From contig CAWJMG010000001.1 of the NCBI GenBank assembly GCA_963843975.1, positions 630,001 to 662,000 on the forward strand: DNA of 32,000 nucleotides, written 5' to 3'. A program made the translations under genes and the position numbers. The DNA comes from an uncultured Actinomycetes bacterium (GTDB lineage Bacteria > Actinomycetota > Actinomycetes > S36-B12 > CAIYMF01). Under the pieces are notes generated by a model that did not search any database, was not told where the DNA came from, and worked only from the letters and a program-made list of their open reading frames with translations. Shown here piece by piece: positions 22,068 through 31,602 of this stretch; positions within the stretch are counted from its first letter, which is position 1, and each line of letters begins with the position of its first letter.

Positions 22068-22940
22068 ATGACCGAGACCTTCGAGCGCCCGCGCACCGGC
22101 ATCCGCAGCGGCTTCACCCCGATGGAGTCGCTCGACCAGTCGACGCCCGACCCCGGCTGCTTCGGGCCCGAGAGCATCTCGTGGCGGGTGCACCACGACC
22201 CTGCGAACGTCGTCGGCGGCATCCGGGCGCTGATCCTGCAGGCGCTGCACCCCGAGGTCATGCAGACCTTCCACGACATCACCTCCACCCGCGAGGACCC
22301 GTGGGGCCGCCTCGCACGCACCGGGAAGTACGTCAACGCCATCACGTACGGCACGCGCGACGAGGCCGAGAGCGCCGCCGCCCGCGTGCGGTTCGTGCAC
22401 CACAAGCTCGGGCTCGACCAGCCGGAGTGGCTGCTGTGGGTGCACTGCGGCGCCGTCGACTCCTGGCTCGTCGGCCACCGACGCTCCGGCGCAGCGATGA
22501 CCGACGCCGAGGCCGACCAGTACGTGCTCGAGCAGGTCGAGGCCGCGCGGCTGGTCGGGTGCGACCTCGACACCGTGCCGACCTCGGTCGCCGAGCTCGC
22601 GGCGTACTTCGAGGGGATGCGCCCGACGCTCCAGGTGACGGCGGAGACGCGCGAGTCGGTGCGCGACCTGATCTGGCCGCCGATGGCGCCCCGCGTGCAG
22701 CTGCTGACGCCGGCCCGGCCCGCGTGGACGACGCTCGCGCTCACCGGCTTCGGCCTCATGCCGCGCTGGTCGCGGCGCATGTTCGCGCTGCCCGGCCTGC
22801 CGACGACCGACGTGTCGGCCTCGCTCAGCGCCCGCGCGATGCGCGCGGCGCTGCTCACCGTGCCCGAGACCCGTCGCACCAACCCGCACCTCGCGGCGGC
22901 GCGCATCCGCCTGGGTCTCGCGGAGTCCCCCGCCGCCTGA
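22068..22940 (+). CDS. MpaB/DUF2236-like oxygenase family protein
   Basis: ATG 22068. The N-terminal pattern ..PESISWRVHHDP..GGIRALILQALHPEVM.. resembles DUF2236 as I recall it. The upstream part of the ORF is Arg/Pro-rich junk. Confidence 0.6.
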   Translation: MTETFERPRTGIRSGFTPMESLDQSTPDPGCFGPESISWRVHHDPANVVGGIRALILQALHPEVMQTFHDITSTREDPWGRLARTGKYVNAITYGTRDEAESAAARVRFVHHKLGLDQPEWLLWVHCGAVDSWLVGHRRSGAAMTDAEADQYVLEQVEAARLVGCDLDTVPTSVAELAAYFEGMRPTLQVTAETRESVRDLIWPPMAPRVQLLTPARPAWTTLALTGFGLMPRWSRRMFALPGLPTTDVSASLSARAMRAALLTVPETRRTNPHLAAARIRLGLAESPAA

Positions 22941-22943
22941 GCC

Positions 22944-23957
22944 TCAGCCGGCAGCAGCCGGGACGGTGAGGGTGAAGGCGCAGCCGTCGGGGGTGTTGGC
23001 GGCGGTCACGTCGCCCTCGAGTGCGTCGGCCAGTCCGCGTACGACGGCGAGCCCGAGCCCCGCGCCGGTCGCGGCCCCCGGCGTGCGCGCGGCCGATCCG
23101 CGCCAGCCCGCCTCGAACACGCGCGGCAGGTCGTCGGCCGGGATGCCGCCGCACGTGTCGGTGACGCGCAGCGTGGTGACCGCGCCGTCCGACGTCGCCT
23201 CGACCCGCACCGAGCCTCCGGGCGGCGTGTAGCGGACGGCGTTGGTGACGAGGTTGGTCAGCGCGCGCGAGAGTGCGGCCTCGTCGACGTACGCCCGCAC
23301 GTGCTCGTCGCAGCTGCCGCTCACGTCGATGCCGCGCTCGCGTGCCAGCGGCTCGGCGCCGGCGATCGCGTCGCTCACGAGGTCACGCAGGGGCAGCACC
23401 GACCGAGAGAGCTCGAGCTGGCCCGACTGCAGGCGAGACAGCGCGAGCAGGTCGTCGACCATCCCCGCGAGCCGGTCGACCTCCTCGCGGATGCGCCGGT
23501 GGTACGCCGCCGGATCGGGCGCGACGCCGTCCTCGAGCGCCTCGGTCATCGCGCGGATACCGGCGAGCGGCGTGCGCAGGTCGTGCGAGACCCACGCGAC
23601 CATCTCGCGGCGCCGAGCCTCGACCTCGGCCTCCATCGCGCGTGCGGCGGCCTCGCGCTCCACCTCGCGCTGCAGGGCCAGCGTGCGTCGGGCGAGGAGG
23701 ACGCCGACCACGATCGCGACCGGGAGGACGGCGAGCAGCACCGTCCACACGATCGCGAGGTCGGCACCCTCGAGCACCATCGAGCGGGCCCCGGCCATCA
23801 CGCCGGCCGCGACGGCCAGCACCACGATCACGGGGGTGAGCACGGCGGCCCACCGGGGCGAGCGACGAGCCACCAGCAGCACGACCAGCACTCCGAGCAG
23901 GCCGACCACCGCCGCGGCGAGAGCCGCCTGCACGGCCAGCGCGAGGTCGAGCGTCAC
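22944..23957 (-). CDS. Sensor histidine kinase (two N-terminal TM segments)
   Basis: H-box [12 protein letters not shown]-box [13 protein letters not shown], and G-boxes DTCGGIP / GAGLGLAVV. The GTG start overlaps the response-regulator stop. Confidence 0.88.
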   Translation of the reverse strand: MTLDLALAVQAALAAAVVGLLGVLVVLLVARRSPRWAAVLTPVIVVLAVAAGVMAGARSMVLEGADLAIVWTVLLAVLPVAIVVGVLLARRTLALQREVEREAAARAMEAEVEARRREMVAWVSHDLRTPLAGIRAMTEALEDGVAPDPAAYHRRIREEVDRLAGMVDDLLALSRLQSGQLELSRSVLPLRDLVSDAIAGAEPLARERGIDVSGSCDEHVRAYVDEAALSRALTNLVTNAVRYTPPGGSVRVEATSDGAVTTLRVTDTCGGIPADDLPRVFEAGWRGSAARTPGAATGAGLGLAVVRGLADALEGDVTAANTPDGCAFTLTVPAAAG

Positions 23958-24685
23958 GAGCCCTCGTAGGTCTGCGCGAGCGCCTCACCCGTGGACGACG
24001 GAGCCGGGTCCCACCGGTAGCCGACTCCCCACACCGTGACGAGGCGGATCGGCGTCGCCGGGTCGGCCTCGACCTTCTCGCGCAGCCGGCGCACGTGGAC
24101 GGTCACGGTGGACAGGTCGCCGAAGTCCCAGCCCCAGACGTCGCGCAGCAGGTCCTCGCGCGACATCGCGCGGCCGGGGTTGGCGAGCAGGAAGCTGAGC
24201 AGGTCGAACTCGCGCGTCGTCAGGGCGAGCGGCTCGCCGCTCTGCGTCGCCGAGCGTGCGGCGGTGTCGACCCGGAGGTCGCCGTCCACGAGAACAGGGT
24301 CGGCCTCGGCGGCGGCCTGCGGCTCCGCGCGCCGCAGCACCGAGCGGACGCGCAGCGCGAGCTCGCGCGGGCTGAACGGCTTCACGACGTAGTCGTCGGC
24401 GCCCACCTCGAGCCCGGCGATGCGGTCCTCCTCCTCGCCGCGCGCGGTGAGCATCACGACAGGAAGCGTCGGGTTGGTGGCGCGCAGGCGACGGCACACC
24501 TCGAGGCCGTCGATGCCCGGCAGCATGAGGTCGAGCACGACGAGGTCGGGCGGTGCCTGCTCGGCGATCGCGAGCGCGGCGAGACCGTCCGCGGCGTGGG
24601 CGGCGTCGAAGCCGTCGCGGCGGAGGTAGCCGAGGACCACCTCGGCCACCGTCAGGTCGTCGTCGACGACGAGCACTCGGGGCAC
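23954..24685 (-). CDS. OmpR-family response regulator
   Basis: Receiver domain (VLVVDDD .. [14 protein letters not shown] .. KPF) plus a winged-helix output ([12 protein letters not shown] .. TVWGVGYRW). The start is taken as GTG 24685, and the extension to 24808 is unlikely. Confidence 0.9.
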   Translation of the reverse strand: MPRVLVVDDDLTVAEVVLGYLRRDGFDAAHAADGLAALAIAEQAPPDLVVLDLMLPGIDGLEVCRRLRATNPTLPVVMLTARGEEEDRIAGLEVGADDYVVKPFSPRELALRVRSVLRRAEPQAAAEADPVLVDGDLRVDTAARSATQSGEPLALTTREFDLLSFLLANPGRAMSREDLLRDVWGWDFGDLSTVTVHVRRLREKVEADPATPIRLVTVWGVGYRWDPAPSSTGEALAQTYEGS

Positions 24686-24844
24686 GCGCCCAGCGTACGG
24701 ATGCGAGCACGTAGGTCGGGGCGGCGCGACGACGGCGTCACAGGTCCGTAAGCCGCACCCCGGTTGCCCCGGAGGGCGCGCGGCCCCACCGTGGGACACG
24801 CACACCACGCCGCACGATGCGGCGTCGACGACGAGAGGGCACCG

Positions 24845-26422
24845 GTGACGGCGACCGACGGCACGACGACGACGGTCGCAGGCACGCCCGCGGCGCTCGA
24901 CCCGGCGCGTCGCACGCTCGCCGGCGCGGCGTCGGCTCTCCTGGGGCTCGCGACCTCCGAGGTGGCTGGTCTGGTGATCCCCGGCTCGCCCAGCCCCACG
25001 ACCGCCGTCGCCGGACGCATCATCGAGCTGACGCCGGACGGACCGCGCGAGGCGCTCATCGGCGCGGTCGGCACCGCTGACAAGCCGCTCCTCGTCCTCG
25101 GCATCATCGTCACCGTCGTCATCAGCGGCGCGCTCGCGGGCTTCTTCGCGCGTCCGGAGCGGGTGCCGATGATCTTCGCCGTCGCGGGAGCGGCGACCTG
25201 GGCCTTCACCTACACGGGCAACACCGACGACGCCCTCGGCCTCGCGATCGTGCTGGTCGCCGGAGTCCTCGTCGGGTCGCTGACCTGGAACCGCCTCGTC
25301 CGCGGCGCGGCGATCCCGCGGGGTGCGTCGTCTGCGCAGACCGACGCGGGGATGGACCGGCGTACCTTCTTGCAGGTCACAGGAGTCGTCGCCGCCGCGG
25401 GTGTGCTCGGCGTCGGTTTCGCCACGGTCATCAGGCGTTCCGGCGCCGCGGCGATCGACGCGGTGCGCTCCGCGCTCACGCTGCCCAAGCCCACCGACCC
25501 TGCCCCCGAGCTCCCGGCTGCGATCGATCCCGGCGTGCCCGGCCTCGCGCCCGCCGTCACGCCGAACGCGGACTTCTACCAGATCGACACCGCGCTGGTG
25601 GCGCCGTCGGTGGAGACCGACGGGTGGACGCTGACCGTCGACGGCCGCGTGACGACGCCGCTCACGCTCTCGTACGCCGACCTCCTGGCACTGCCGAGCA
25701 TTGAGCGCTACGTGGCGCTCACCTGCGTCAGCAACGAGGTGGGCGGCGACCTCGTCGGCACCGCCAAGTGGCAGGGCGTGCGCCTCGCCGACGTGCTCGC
25801 GAAGGTGGGCGTGAACTCCGACGCCACCGCGCTCGTCGGCGAGTCGGTCGACGGGTTCACCGCCGGCTTCCCGCTGTCAGTGCTCGACGACGGCCGCGAC
25901 GCGATGATCGCGTACGCCATGAACGACGAGCCGCTGCCGGTGAAGCACGGCTTCCCCGCGCGTCTCGTCGTGCCCGGGCTGTACGGCTACGTCTCGGCCA
26001 CCAAGTGGCTGAGCGCGATCCGGCTGACGACGCTCGAGGAGACGGTGCCCTTCTGGATCCAGCGCAGCTGGTCGGCGGACGGCACGATCGAGCTGTCCTC
26101 GCGCATCGACGTCCCGCGCACGAGCACGCGCATCGCCGGCGGCACAACGGCCGTCGGAGGACGGGCCTGGCACCAGCACCGCGGCGTGAAGGCTGTGCAG
26201 GTGCGGGTCGACGGCGGTGCATGGGAGGACGCGACGCTCGCCGCCGGCATGGGCAACGACGCCTGGCGCCTCTGGTCGTGGCAGTGGTCGGCGACGCCGG
26301 GGCAGCACCTGCTCGAGTGCCGCGCGCGGAGCCTCGACGGCACGTGGCAGACCGAGGACGAGCGGCCGGTCTTCCCCGGCGCCTCGAGCGGCCTGCACGC
26401 CATCACCGTCGACGTCGGCTAG
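24845..26422 (+). CDS. Molybdopterin-dependent oxidoreductase (sulfite-oxidase fold) with N-terminal multi-TM domain
   Basis: LTCVSNEVGG (Mo-ligand Cys) and HGFPARLVVPGLYGYVSATKWL motifs. About four hydrophobic segments precede an internal RRTFL twin-arginine-like motif (around 25352). The start (GTG 24845 after GAGGG) is uncertain. Confidence 0.8.
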   Translation: MTATDGTTTTVAGTPAALDPARRTLAGAASALLGLATSEVAGLVIPGSPSPTTAVAGRIIELTPDGPREALIGAVGTADKPLLVLGIIVTVVISGALAGFFARPERVPMIFAVAGAATWAFTYTGNTDDALGLAIVLVAGVLVGSLTWNRLVRGAAIPRGASSAQTDAGMDRRTFLQVTGVVAAAGVLGVGFATVIRRSGAAAIDAVRSALTLPKPTDPAPELPAAIDPGVPGLAPAVTPNADFYQIDTALVAPSVETDGWTLTVDGRVTTPLTLSYADLLALPSIERYVALTCVSNEVGGDLVGTAKWQGVRLADVLAKVGVNSDATALVGESVDGFTAGFPLSVLDDGRDAMIAYAMNDEPLPVKHGFPARLVVPGLYGYVSATKWLSAIRLTTLEETVPFWIQRSWSADGTIELSSRIDVPRTSTRIAGGTTAVGGRAWHQHRGVKAVQVRVDGGAWEDATLAAGMGNDAWRLWSWQWSATPGQHLLECRARSLDGTWQTEDERPVFPGASSGLHAITVDVG

Positions 26423-26484
26423 CACTTCACCCAGGCAAGTGCGCAGACCCACAAGGGTTTTCGGCCATCGTGCTTGGTGAGGAA

Positions 26485-27300
26485 TCAGGGCCAGGTACGT
26501 CGGAGCAGGTCGTTGAACGCCGCGGCCTCGGTGAGCTGCGGGTTGTGGCCCGACCGGTCGAACTGCGTGATCGGCACGCCGAGCCGGTCGGCCACCTCGC
26601 GCGCGGTCTCGCGGAACGCCGCTGCCGCGCGGATGCGCTTCGGGTCGGTCGCGGACCGCGCGGTCTCGGGCGGCCAGGCGCCGGACGCGACGACCGTCGG
26701 GCCGCTGATCCGGCGTACGGCGTCCCACGCGACGGGCGGGTCGAGCGGCATGGCCTCGACGCGGGTGGCCTCGGCCGCGATGCGGTCGAGGTCGCTCCAG
26801 CTGTTGACCGTGATCGACACCAGGCGCGGGTGCAGGCCGAGGACGAGATCGGCCCAGTCGGCGAAGAACTCCGCGCCGTCCTGGCCGGGTGCGCGGTCGG
26901 CGAGGCCCCACAGGTCGGCGGTGAGCGACTGCGCCTCGGGATGGTCGCTGATGCCGTACATCGGCGGCTCGACGACGACCAGCGAGCGCACGAGGTCGGG
27001 CCGCTCCCCCGCGGCGATCAGCGCGACGACGCCGCCGTACGAATGGCCGAGCACGTGCGCGCCGCCGAGCTGCTCGAGCAGTGCGACAAGGTCAGGGACG
27101 TCGACGGGCCACCCGACCGCACCTTGGTGCGGTGAGGCGCCGTACCCACGACGGTCGACGACGTGCAGGCGGTAGGTGTCGGCGAGGACGTACTGCTCGG
27201 CGAAGGTCTGCGCACCCCAGCCGAGGGCGCCGTGCAGCAGGACGACGGGCTCGCCGTCGCCGACCACCTCGATGTGCAGCCCGTCCACGGGAGGCATCAT
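26485..27300 (-). CDS. Alpha/beta hydrolase
   Basis: It has an HG oxyanion motif (VVLLHGALG) and a nucleophile elbow GHSYGG. Confidence 0.8.
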   Translation of the reverse strand: MMPPVDGLHIEVVGDGEPVVLLHGALGWGAQTFAEQYVLADTYRLHVVDRRGYGASPHQGAVGWPVDVPDLVALLEQLGGAHVLGHSYGGVVALIAAGERPDLVRSLVVVEPPMYGISDHPEAQSLTADLWGLADRAPGQDGAEFFADWADLVLGLHPRLVSITVNSWSDLDRIAAEATRVEAMPLDPPVAWDAVRRISGPTVVASGAWPPETARSATDPKRIRAAAAFRETAREVADRLGVPITQFDRSGHNPQLTEAAAFNDLLRRTWP

Positions 27301-27322
27301 CTCGGCCCTGCGGCAGCGACGC

Positions 27323-27694
27323 TCAGCCGCCCCACGTGTGGTGCACGGCCTCGACGTTGTTGCCGTCGGGATCGCGCACGAAGGCGCCGTAGTAGCCGGG
27401 GTGGTACTCGGGCCACACCCGGGGCTCGTGCAGCACCTCCGCGCCGAGGCTGACGGCGACGTCGAAGAACGCCTGCACCTCCTCGCGCGACCGTGCCTGG
27501 AAGGCGAGGTGGTCGGGCCGCGATCCGGTGTGGGCCTCGAGCGGTCCGATCCAGAACGACGGGAACTCCACGCCGTAGCCGATCGCGATGCCGCGGTCGA
27601 TCACCCGGCGGCCGCCGAGCGGCGCGAGCACGGCGTCGTAGAACGCAGCAGCGCGCGCGAGGTCGGAGCACTGGATCGAGACGTGGTCGAGCAT
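27323..27694 (-). CDS. VOC/glyoxalase family protein
   Basis: MLDHVSIQCSDLARAAAFYDAVLAPLG.. at the N-terminus and ..GYYGAFVRDPDGNNVEAV at the C-terminus are typical of the VOC fold. Confidence 0.8.
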   Translation of the reverse strand: MLDHVSIQCSDLARAAAFYDAVLAPLGGRRVIDRGIAIGYGVEFPSFWIGPLEAHTGSRPDHLAFQARSREEVQAFFDVAVSLGAEVLHEPRVWPEYHPGYYGAFVRDPDGNNVEAVHHTWGG

Positions 27695-27892
27695 GAGGAG
27701 CCCCTCCGGACGAGTGGCTCCAGCCTGACGCAGGGGTGCGACACGGCGCCAGAGCCCGTGGGCGTCAGGGCCCGGCCTGCGGCCGCCCCGTGCACGGTCG
27801 CAGGTCGGGACGATGGCTACGGGCCTGCACGGCCTGCTGCCTCCAGCCTGCCCCCGCCGTACGCCGGAGTCGCGCCGACCGGTCGGGCCGCG

Positions 27893-28195
27893 TCAGGCCC
27901 GACGCCAGCGCAGCGGCTTGCCACCGTCCCGCACGACCAGGCCCTTGGCCTCAAGGTCGAGCTGCACGCACTTGGTCCACCAGCCAGCCTTCTCCCCGCC
28001 CGGGAAGAGGTCCTGCGGGAGCCGCCCGACCGTCGCGTCCAGCATCTCGGCTGCGGTCAGGCCAGGGCCCTTCGTGGGCAGAGCGGCCAGCAGCGCGGCG
28101 CGCGCGGCGGCGTACTTCACGGCATCGACGTTGGTCGTCGTGCCCGGCTGGTTCACGTTCTCGACGGCGATCTTGCCCGCGGGTGCCTGCGCCAT
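27893..28195 (-). CDS. Conserved hypothetical protein (100 aa)
   Basis: Coding-like composition. I recognise no motif with certainty. Confidence 0.55.
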   Translation of the reverse strand: MAQAPAGKIAVENVNQPGTTTNVDAVKYAAARAALLAALPTKGPGLTAAEMLDATVGRLPQDLFPGGEKAGWWTKCVQLDLEAKGLVVRDGGKPLRWRRA

Positions 28196-28279
28196 GCACG
28201 GACGCTACAGGGAGGCCGCCGGTGCTTGGTTCGACCATGAGAAAAGGTCCGAGCCTCGGGGCCCGGACCTTTCCCTGCG

Positions 28280-28352
28280 TGGAGCTGAGGGGATTCGAAC
28301 CCCTGACCCCCTCGATGCGAACGAGGTGCGCTACCAGCTGCGCTACAGCCCC
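28280..28352 (-). tRNA. tRNA-Ala (anticodon CGC)
   Basis: GGGGCTGTAGCGCAGCTGGTAGCGCACCTCGTTCGCATCGAGGGGGTCAGGGGTTCGAATCCCCTCAGCTCCA. G3:U70 identity pair present; anticodon loop TTCGCAT; CCA not encoded. Confidence 0.9.
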
Positions 28353-28415
28353 TTGCGGTGAGCAGAGGGTAGCAAGGCCCGCCGGGGCTGCCCAAACCGG
28401 ATGCTGGTGACGTGC

Positions 28416-28452
28416 GACGGCCGGCCTGCGTGGGGGGAGGCAGGCCGACCGT
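28416..28452 (-). terminator. Strong GC hairpin between the secreted-protein gene and tRNA-Ala
   Basis: GACGGCCGGCCTGC gtgggggga GCAGGCCGACCGTC forms a 14-bp stem with one mismatch. Confidence 0.35.
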
Positions 28453-28509
28453 CGGTGCCCGGGGTGACCGGGCGGTGTGGGGCCTCGTGAGGAGACGAGG
28501 CGGTCGTAC

Positions 28510-28536
28510 GTCGAGCCAGTCGAGCCAGTCGAGCGG
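28510..28536. repeat. Short tandem repeat GTCGAGCCA x2 plus a diverged third unit GTCGAGCGG
   Basis: Read directly from the sequence. It lies in non-coding DNA just after the stop at 28544. Confidence 0.5.
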
Positions 28537-28543
28537 TGGTGCG

Positions 28544-29242
28544 TCAGGCGGCCGAGCTGGCCGTGGCCGACGACGACGTCGTGGTGTTCGGCGTCAGCGT
28601 GCCGGAGCCGCCGTCGCCGTCCGGGCCGTGGCCGCCACGCTGCGGGAGCCCGGCGGTCTCGACCATCGTCTTCACACGGGCCTCGAGGTCGGCCAGCTTC
28701 GCGTCGACCTCGGCCTGGGTGTGCTCGCCGGAGGCGACCTCCTCGGCGAAGTGGGTCTTCGCCTCGGCCACGATCGCGTCGATCACGGTCTGCTCGGAGA
28801 CGCCGTTGGCCGTGGCGACGTCGGCGACGGACTTGCCAGCCTGCAGCTGGGTGCGCAGCTCGTCCTCGGTGACGCCGATCGCGGTGGCCGCGGTGGAGAG
28901 CCCGCCGAAGCCGCCGCGCCCGCCGTGGTCGCCGCCACGGCCACCGGCCGGCATCTTGGCGGCGAGGGTCGAGGCGACCTTGTCGGCCTGCTCCTGCGTG
29001 AGGGTGCCGTCGGAGACGAGACCTGCGAGGTCGGACGCGATGCGCGACTCGATGTCGGCGGTGCTGTCGGCGCTCGTGCCGCCGCCGACCGAGGGCTTGG
29101 ACGAGTCGGTCGAGCCCGAGGACGACGACGCGCTCGGCGTCGGGCTGGTGGTCGACGCCATGGCCGGGATGGCGCTGGCACCGAGGGCGATGCCGCCGAC
29201 GACGGCGGTGGAGGCAAGGACGAGAGTGATCTTCTTGTTCAT
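28544..29242 (-). CDS. Secreted hypothetical protein (signal peptide)
   Basis: ATG 29242. The signal peptide MNKKITLVLASTAVVGGIALGASAIPAMA is followed by a Ser/Thr/Gly-rich linker and helical repeats. Confidence 0.7.
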   Translation of the reverse strand: MNKKITLVLASTAVVGGIALGASAIPAMASTTSPTPSASSSSGSTDSSKPSVGGGTSADSTADIESRIASDLAGLVSDGTLTQEQADKVASTLAAKMPAGGRGGDHGGRGGFGGLSTAATAIGVTEDELRTQLQAGKSVADVATANGVSEQTVIDAIVAEAKTHFAEEVASGEHTQAEVDAKLADLEARVKTMVETAGLPQRGGHGPDGDGGSGTLTPNTTTSSSATASSAA

Positions 29243-29383
29243 GGGAGGTGCTCCTGGGAGTCGGGAGGGCCTGCGCCCTCGACGTGCTCCTACAGTCCCG
29301 GCACCACGTGTGACCGCGCCCCGTTCAGCCTGGGACAGCACTGAGAGACCCCTCTGCGGGGTCGAGCGGATTCTCAGGAAGCG

Positions 29384-30400
29384 TCAGCCGTTGGCGGCGC
29401 GGCGGTAGCCGTCGCCTGGCAGCTCGACGCCCGTGCGCGGGTCCTCGAGCAGCGCGTCGAGGTCCTCGTGCGAGGCGAGGTGCTCGAAGGTGTCCTCGTC
29501 CTCGACGTAGCGGTCGGAGTACGCCGCCTGCTCGCGCACGGGGGGATCGACGAGCGTGCCCTCGCGCGGCTTGGCGATCTCGAACGTCTCCACGCGCATG
29601 CCGCCCTCGTCTACGGGCTCGGCCGCGAGGGTGCTGCGCGCCTGCTCGACCATGGCGGCGCCCGTCCAGGCGCCGGGGTGGGTGAGGTCGATGACGCGCG
29701 GCATCTTCGTGGCCCGCGGCGCGGTGACGTACGTCGGCAGCGTGGTCGGCACCGCGTGCCAGGCGTCGTCGGTGCCCGTGGCAGCGACGTACGGCGCATC
29801 CGCCTGCAGCTCGCCGCGGCGGTCGGACATCGGGGCCGGGTCCATCGCGCGGCCGCCGCGGCGGGCAGCCGTGGCTCCCGTGGTGTAGCGCTCGTCGGCG
29901 GCGCGGGCGGCCTCGGCGAGCGCCGTACGACGCTCCTGGCGGACGCGGATGTCGGCGGCGCGGGTGACCTGGCGGCGGGCAACCACGAGGAAGCCGAGCA
30001 CGAGGGCGAGCGGCGCGAGGGCCGCGAGCAGCGGGACGACCTTGGCCGCGCCGAGGGCGAGCACCACCGTGAGGAGGCCGAGGAGGACGAACAGGGTGCG
30101 ACGGCGGCGGGTGGCGGCCTTGGCCGCGGGGCTCTGCTCGGCGCGCGGGCCGGTGACGACGACCTGCGTCTCGCGCACCTGGCTCGAGCGGCCCGGCATG
30201 AGCACCTCGCGCTGGGAGGCGTCGGTCTCGCCGCGCGAGCGGCGCAGCGTGCCCATCGCGCGGGCGAAGCGGTCGGCCGACTTGGACTCGCGGGCCTCGT
30301 CGTGCTGCTTCAGCCACATCGGGACCAGGACGAGAGCCCACATGCCGGCGATGACCAGATAGATCCACGACCCACCTAGGACGCCGGATCCGCTCTGCAC
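29384..30400 (-). CDS. Membrane protein resembling actinobacterial divisome protein SepX/GlpR
   Basis: The N-terminus ..SWIYLVIAGMWALVLVPMWLKQHDEARESKSADRFARAM.. resembles the SepX/GlpR signature as I recall it. There is a second TM block (TLFVLLGLLTVVLALGAAKVVPLLAALAPLALVLGFLVV). It is located next to the moa/mog genes. Confidence 0.55.
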   Translation of the reverse strand: MQSGSGVLGGSWIYLVIAGMWALVLVPMWLKQHDEARESKSADRFARAMGTLRRSRGETDASQREVLMPGRSSQVRETQVVVTGPRAEQSPAAKAATRRRRTLFVLLGLLTVVLALGAAKVVPLLAALAPLALVLGFLVVARRQVTRAADIRVRQERRTALAEAARAADERYTTGATAARRGGRAMDPAPMSDRRGELQADAPYVAATGTDDAWHAVPTTLPTYVTAPRATKMPRVIDLTHPGAWTGAAMVEQARSTLAAEPVDEGGMRVETFEIAKPREGTLVDPPVREQAAYSDRYVEDEDTFEHLASHEDLDALLEDPRTGVELPGDGYRRAANG

Positions 30401-30511
30401 GAAGTCGAGGCTACGGTCACGGCACGGTAACCCCGTGGATCACACGCGTCACTGACAGTGCGTGTCGCGGACACCGGTGACCGGTGAGCGACGAGGGCCC
30501 CACGAAGCGGC

Positions 30512-31111
30512 TCAGGCGAAGCCGTGCGATGCCTTCCAGCGCACGAGAAGTCCCTCGGGCACCTCGTCGTTGGTCAGCGCGAACGACAGGTGGTCGCGCC
30601 AGTCGCCGTCGATGTGGAGGTACGCCGGACGCAGCCCCTCGGGCCGGAATCCGAGCTTCTCCACCACCCGGCGCGAGGCGACGTTCTCCGGCCGGATGTT
30701 GATCTCGACGCGGTGCAGCCCGATCGCGAAGCCGTGGTCGGTGGCCATCGCGACAGCCGTGGGGATGATCCCCCGGCCCGCGACGCGCTGATCGACCCAG
30801 TAGCCGATGTGAGCGCCGCGCAGCGACCCCCACGCGATCCCGCCGACGGTGAGCTGCCCGACCAGGCGGCCGCCGAACTCGACGACGAACGGCATCGAGC
30901 GGCCCTGCCGCGCCTCGGTCTGCAGCCGGCGCACCATCGCGCCGTACGTCGGGGCCTGCTCGGTGACCGGATCGGGGCTCGTGGCCTCCCACGGGCGCAG
31001 CCAGTCGGCGTTGCGGGCGCGGACCTCGCGCCACTCGCGGTTGTCGCGCAGGCGCAGCGGGCGCAGCACGACGTCGCCGTCCCGGAGGACGACCGGCCAG
31101 CCGGCGGTCAT
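30512..31111 (-). CDS. GNAT family N-acetyltransferase (RimJ/RimL-like)
   Basis: VVLRPLRLRDNREWREVRARNADWLRPWE and GYWVDQRVAGRGI.. patterns. The ATG overlaps the mog stop (ATGA). Confidence 0.85.
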   Translation of the reverse strand: MTAGWPVVLRDGDVVLRPLRLRDNREWREVRARNADWLRPWEATSPDPVTEQAPTYGAMVRRLQTEARQGRSMPFVVEFGGRLVGQLTVGGIAWGSLRGAHIGYWVDQRVAGRGIIPTAVAMATDHGFAIGLHRVEINIRPENVASRRVVEKLGFRPEGLRPAYLHIDGDWRDHLSFALTNDEVPEGLLVRWKASHGFA

Positions 31112-31602
31112 GACGGGCCGACGTCCGACCGAGGGTGGTCGCCACCCCTGATCTGCTCCACCGCGTGCACGAGAAGCTCGGACAGCACGGCCATGCCGTC
31201 CTTCACGCCGCCCTTGGACCCCGGAAGGTTGACGATCAGCGTCTCGCCGGCGAGGCCCGCACGTCCGCGCGAGAGCGCAGCCGTCGGCACCCCCTTGGCC
31301 ATGCCCGCCGCGCGGATGGCCTCGGCGATCCCGGGCGCCTCGCGGGTGATGACGCGCGCGGTGTGCTCGGGCGTGACGTCGTTGGGCGTGAGGCCGGTGC
31401 CGCCGGTGGTGAGGACCACGTCGAAGCCGTCGTGCACAGCGCCGAGCAGCACGCTCTCGATCTCGGGGCCGTCGGGCACGACCGTGGGGCCGGCGACGTC
31501 GAAACCGAGCGCCTCGAGACCGGAGACCAGCACCGGGCCGGAGACGTCGTCGTAGACGCCGTGGGCGGCACGGGTGGAGATGGTGACGACGAGGGCGCGC
31601 AT
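31108..31602 (-). CDS. MogA/MoaB-family molybdenum cofactor biosynthesis protein
   Basis: DVVLTTGGTGLTPNDVTPE motif and overall MoaB/Mog layout. The start shares a base with the moaC stop. Confidence 0.85.
   Translation of the reverse strand: MRALVVTISTRAAHGVYDDVSGPVLVSGLEALGFDVAGPTVVPDGPEIESVLLGAVHDGFDVVLTTGGTGLTPNDVTPEHTARVITREAPGIAEAIRAAGMAKGVPTAALSRGRAGLAGETLIVNLPGSKGGVKDGMAVLSELLVHAVEQIRGGDHPRSDVGPS

Noticed and set aside
28510-28536. GTCGAGCCA tandem repeat considered as a CRISPR or VNTR-like array
   Set aside because: It has only 2.5-3 units of 9 nt and no spacers. It is too short for CRISPR and is probably slippage in a 3' UTR.
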